Assembly (NCBI GenBank): GCA_963674755.2
Contig: CAXXVS010000002.1
Coordinates: 1,536,001-1,600,000 of the forward strand
Reading direction: 5' to 3'
Source of the DNA: Desulfobacterales bacterium
GTDB lineage: Bacteria; Desulfobacterota; Desulfobacteria; Desulfobacterales; UBA5852
DNA: 64,000 bases
Shown: one piece after another, positions 61,457-64,000 of the stretch
Numbering within the stretch: position 1 is the first letter of the stretch
How the letters are laid out: each line of letters starts with the position of its first letter
Program-made: the position numbers and the translations under genes
The notes under the pieces: generated by a model
What the model was told of the DNA's origin: nothing
Database searches by the model: none
The model's input: the letters and a program-made list of their open reading frames with translations, nothing else

Positions 61457-64000
61457 TCAGGGCCGCCGGGGATGCGCCAACTCCACCAGTTTTCCGCGCG
61501 GCGTCTCATCTTGGGCTTCATCCAGCAGGGCGTACAGTTTGAGATCGCCAAGCATTTCGTCGATGGGCATCAGGTTGAAGGACGTCTGGCAGGCCCGGCG
61601 CGTGGTTTCACCAAGCAGGATCCCATTCGGATAGAAACGGGTCAGGTCCTGCAGCCGGAAGACCGCATTGACCGCATCGCCGATCACCGTATAGTCCATC
61701 TTCTTCTCAAATCCGATATTGCCCACCACCACCTCGCCGGTCAGGATGCTGGTACCGATTTTGATGGCCGTGCCGAAGGCTTTGCGGAAGGCCGGATTGG
61801 CCGTCTCCAGGGCCCGGCGCATCTCGAGGGCGGCGGTCAGCGCATTGTCGGCGTCCTGGGTGCTGGCCACAGGCGCCCCGAAAATGGCCAGAAAACCATC
61901 CCCGAGATATTTATCCACGATGCCGTTGTGCTTGAAAACGATGTCCCCCATGATGGTGAAAAAGCGGTTCAACAGCGAGACGGTTTTCTGGGGCCCGATA
62001 TCTTTCGACAGAAGCGAGAACCCGCGGATATCGAGATTGAGCAGCGTCAGGGTCCGCAGCTCTTCGAAGACGGTCTTGCCCGTCTCGGATCCATGGAGAA
62101 TACGATCCAGCACCTCCTTGGGGACGAATTTTTGGAACATGCGCCGCATACTGCGCTCGTGATCCGCCATGGAAACGGTTTCCCGGTATAAGCGGGCGTT
62201 CTCAATGGCGATGCTGACCGAAGAGGCGATGGACTGGAGCAGGTCTTCGTCACTGGCGGTGAAGTCGCCATTGATTTTATTGAGCACCTCGATCACGCCG
62301 ACCACCCGCCCCTTGGAAATCATGGGCACGCACAGGGCCGAACGGGTCAAAAACCCGGTGGAGCGATCGACTCCGGCGAAAAAATGGGGAGAACGGTTGG
62401 TGTCGTTGACGATGATGGCCTTGCCCTTGGCGGCCACGTATCCGGCAATCCCCTGCCCCAAGCGAATGGGATGGGTCATGTTGGATTTGACCTTGGTGTT
62501 GAAGGCCACGGCAAACTTCAATTCTTCTCCCTTGAGGAACAGGAGGGAGCCGGCTTCCACATTCATGATCACCCGGATCATGTCCATGGTGTATTTCAAC
62601 ACCTGCTTCATATCGAAGGTGGAGGACGCCAGGGCGCTGCCGATCTGTTTGATGCTGCCCAGTTCCCGGTCCCGCTTGTAGACTGCCGCCGAGAGGTTGC
62701 TGCGCTCCATGGCAAAGGCCAGCGTGTTGGCCATCCAACCCATCAACTCCCTGCGATTGCGGAAAAGGTCTTTACCCGGTCCGGTCATCGTCAACAGGCC
62801 CTTGACCGCGCCTTCCATTCGCAACGGGGCCACCAGGCCGCAACCGCTCCCCTTGGGCCCCAGAAGCCGACGTTCGGCAGGGTGCTTGAGCGACGCCAAG
62901 TCTTCCACCACCATCAACGTATCCTGCCGGATCACCCGATCGAAAAGGGTGTCTTGAAAAGGAAAGCTGTTCCCGCGATTGATGCGGCAGGGCCCCGCCG
63001 ACACGATATCGTAAATCACGAGATGACCGGCCCGGTTTTCACTGAGCGTCATGACGGTTGCCAGGCTAAAGGGAATGATGCTCTTGACTTCGGCCAGGAT
63101 GGCCGTCAGCAGCTCTGTATCCCGGAAGCTGGAATTGATGATTTGAAAAATCTTTTCGATGACGTTCAGCTGCTGGGCATGTTGCTTGTTCTGCTCCACC
63201 AGTTGAAGATTTTCATAGGAGAAGGCGGCATTGCTGAGCAACGGTGTGAGGGCCTCGACATCATCGTGGGTATATGTACGGGCGCCATCCCGGCGTGAAA
63301 TCGTGAGCACCCCCACAATGTCTTTCCTGGTTTTGATGGGCATACAGACAAAGGATTTCGTACTGTATTGCGCCAGATTGGCCCGCCCGAAGCGGCTGTC
63401 CCTCTCGACGTCTTCCACAACAAGCGGCGATTTGTTGACCACTGCATATTTGGCAATGCTGGTTTCAAACTCAATGCGGTCGCCGATCTGGATATGCTGT
63501 CCGGTGCCGATGCTGGCTTTGACCGTAAAATAACGGGCATTCGCGTTTTCCAACACCAGCACCGAACCGATATCGGACTTGGTCAGGGAAAGGGCGCGCT
63601 CCAGGGTGACATAGAGGATCTCCTCCGGGTCGAACGTGACATAACAAAGATCGGAGAGTTCCTTTAGAATGGCCATTTCCGAGGCCTTCATCTCCAGTTG
63701 GTGCAAGGTCCGGTCGAATTGACGTTCAATGGCATTGACCGACTGGATAATGTTTTGCAGCTGATTGGCGCCGGTTGCGAGCTGGTCGACATGGAACCCG
63801 GTTACCACCCTCTGGGTCACTTCCTGCGAAACGGCGTGGACTTGGTCAAACAGGCGCCGCAGCATAAAAAAGCCGATCAGCGAAAAGCACAATAAGCCCA
63901 GCAGGAAGTAAATGGTGTATGGATCCCGGAAGAGATCGTATTTATGGACAAGATAGGCGAAGCCCGCCAAGGGCGACAGGAATAACAAACCGAATGCCAG
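61457..64000 (-). CDS. Membrane-anchored multi-GAF class III adenylate cyclase (5' end outside the window)
   Basis: TM helices, three GAF domains, DIRGFS, DKYLGDG, DYTVIGDAVN...R. Confidence 0.92.
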   Translation of the reverse strand: MAFGLLFLSPLAGFAYLVHKYDLFRDPYTIYFLLGLLCFSLIGFFMLRRLFDQVHAVSQEVTQRVVTGFHVDQLATGANQLQNIIQSVNAIERQFDRTLHQLEMKASEMAILKELSDLCYVTFDPEEILYVTLERALSLTKSDIGSVLVLENANARYFTVKASIGTGQHIQIGDRIEFETSIAKYAVVNKSPLVVEDVERDSRFGRANLAQYSTKSFVCMPIKTRKDIVGVLTISRRDGARTYTHDDVEALTPLLSNAAFSYENLQLVEQNKQHAQQLNVIEKIFQIINSSFRDTELLTAILAEVKSIIPFSLATVMTLSENRAGHLVIYDIVSAGPCRINRGNSFPFQDTLFDRVIRQDTLMVVEDLASLKHPAERRLLGPKGSGCGLVAPLRMEGAVKGLLTMTGPGKDLFRNRRELMGWMANTLAFAMERSNLSAAVYKRDRELGSIKQIGSALASSTFDMKQVLKYTMDMIRVIMNVEAGSLLFLKGEELKFAVAFNTKVKSNMTHPIRLGQGIAGYVAAKGKAIIVNDTNRSPHFFAGVDRSTGFLTRSALCVPMISKGRVVGVIEVLNKINGDFTASDEDLLQSIASSVSIAIENARLYRETVSMADHERSMRRMFQKFVPKEVLDRILHGSETGKTVFEELRTLTLLNLDIRGFSLLSKDIGPQKTVSLLNRFFTIMGDIVFKHNGIVDKYLGDGFLAIFGAPVASTQDADNALTAALEMRRALETANPAFRKAFGTAIKIGTSILTGEVVVGNIGFEKKMDYTVIGDAVNAVFRLQDLTRFYPNGILLGETTRRACQTSFNLMPIDEMLGDLKLYALLDEAQDETPRGKLVELAHPRRP

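Overview
The window is GC-rich chromosomal DNA whose gene content (typA, pspF/pspABC, PAS/Cache hybrid kinases, sigma54 activators, MCP/cheW, exeA/exeB, YcaO-TPR) suggests a Desulfobacterota-type deltaproteobacterium (inferred). It is interrupted from about 24.6 kb to 46.5 kb by an accessory region whose core (26.2-33.7 kb) is strongly AT-rich. That core is a same-strand array of unrelated single genes, many of them defence-like: Abi-alpha, three HEPN-like proteins, and an NDT-like domain fused to an RNA polymerase alpha-CTD-like domain. The genes are punctuated by two families of long GGGGTC-ended inverted-repeat elements: five copies of about 74 bp, and four copies of about 125 bp (two complete, two partial). 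Several genes keep integron cassette hallmarks (one intact attC, matching core and inverse-core heptamers), yet no integrase or RAYT gene is visible. This looks like a palindrome-delimited cassette-capture array and is the most novel feature here. The window also holds a complete IS21-family element with a 5-bp target duplication inside a ~170-bp MITE/REP-like repeat, several pseudogenes, tRNA-Ala(CGC), and readable sigma54, sigma28 and MarR-type sites. All family calls come from motif recognition by eye; no database search was run.
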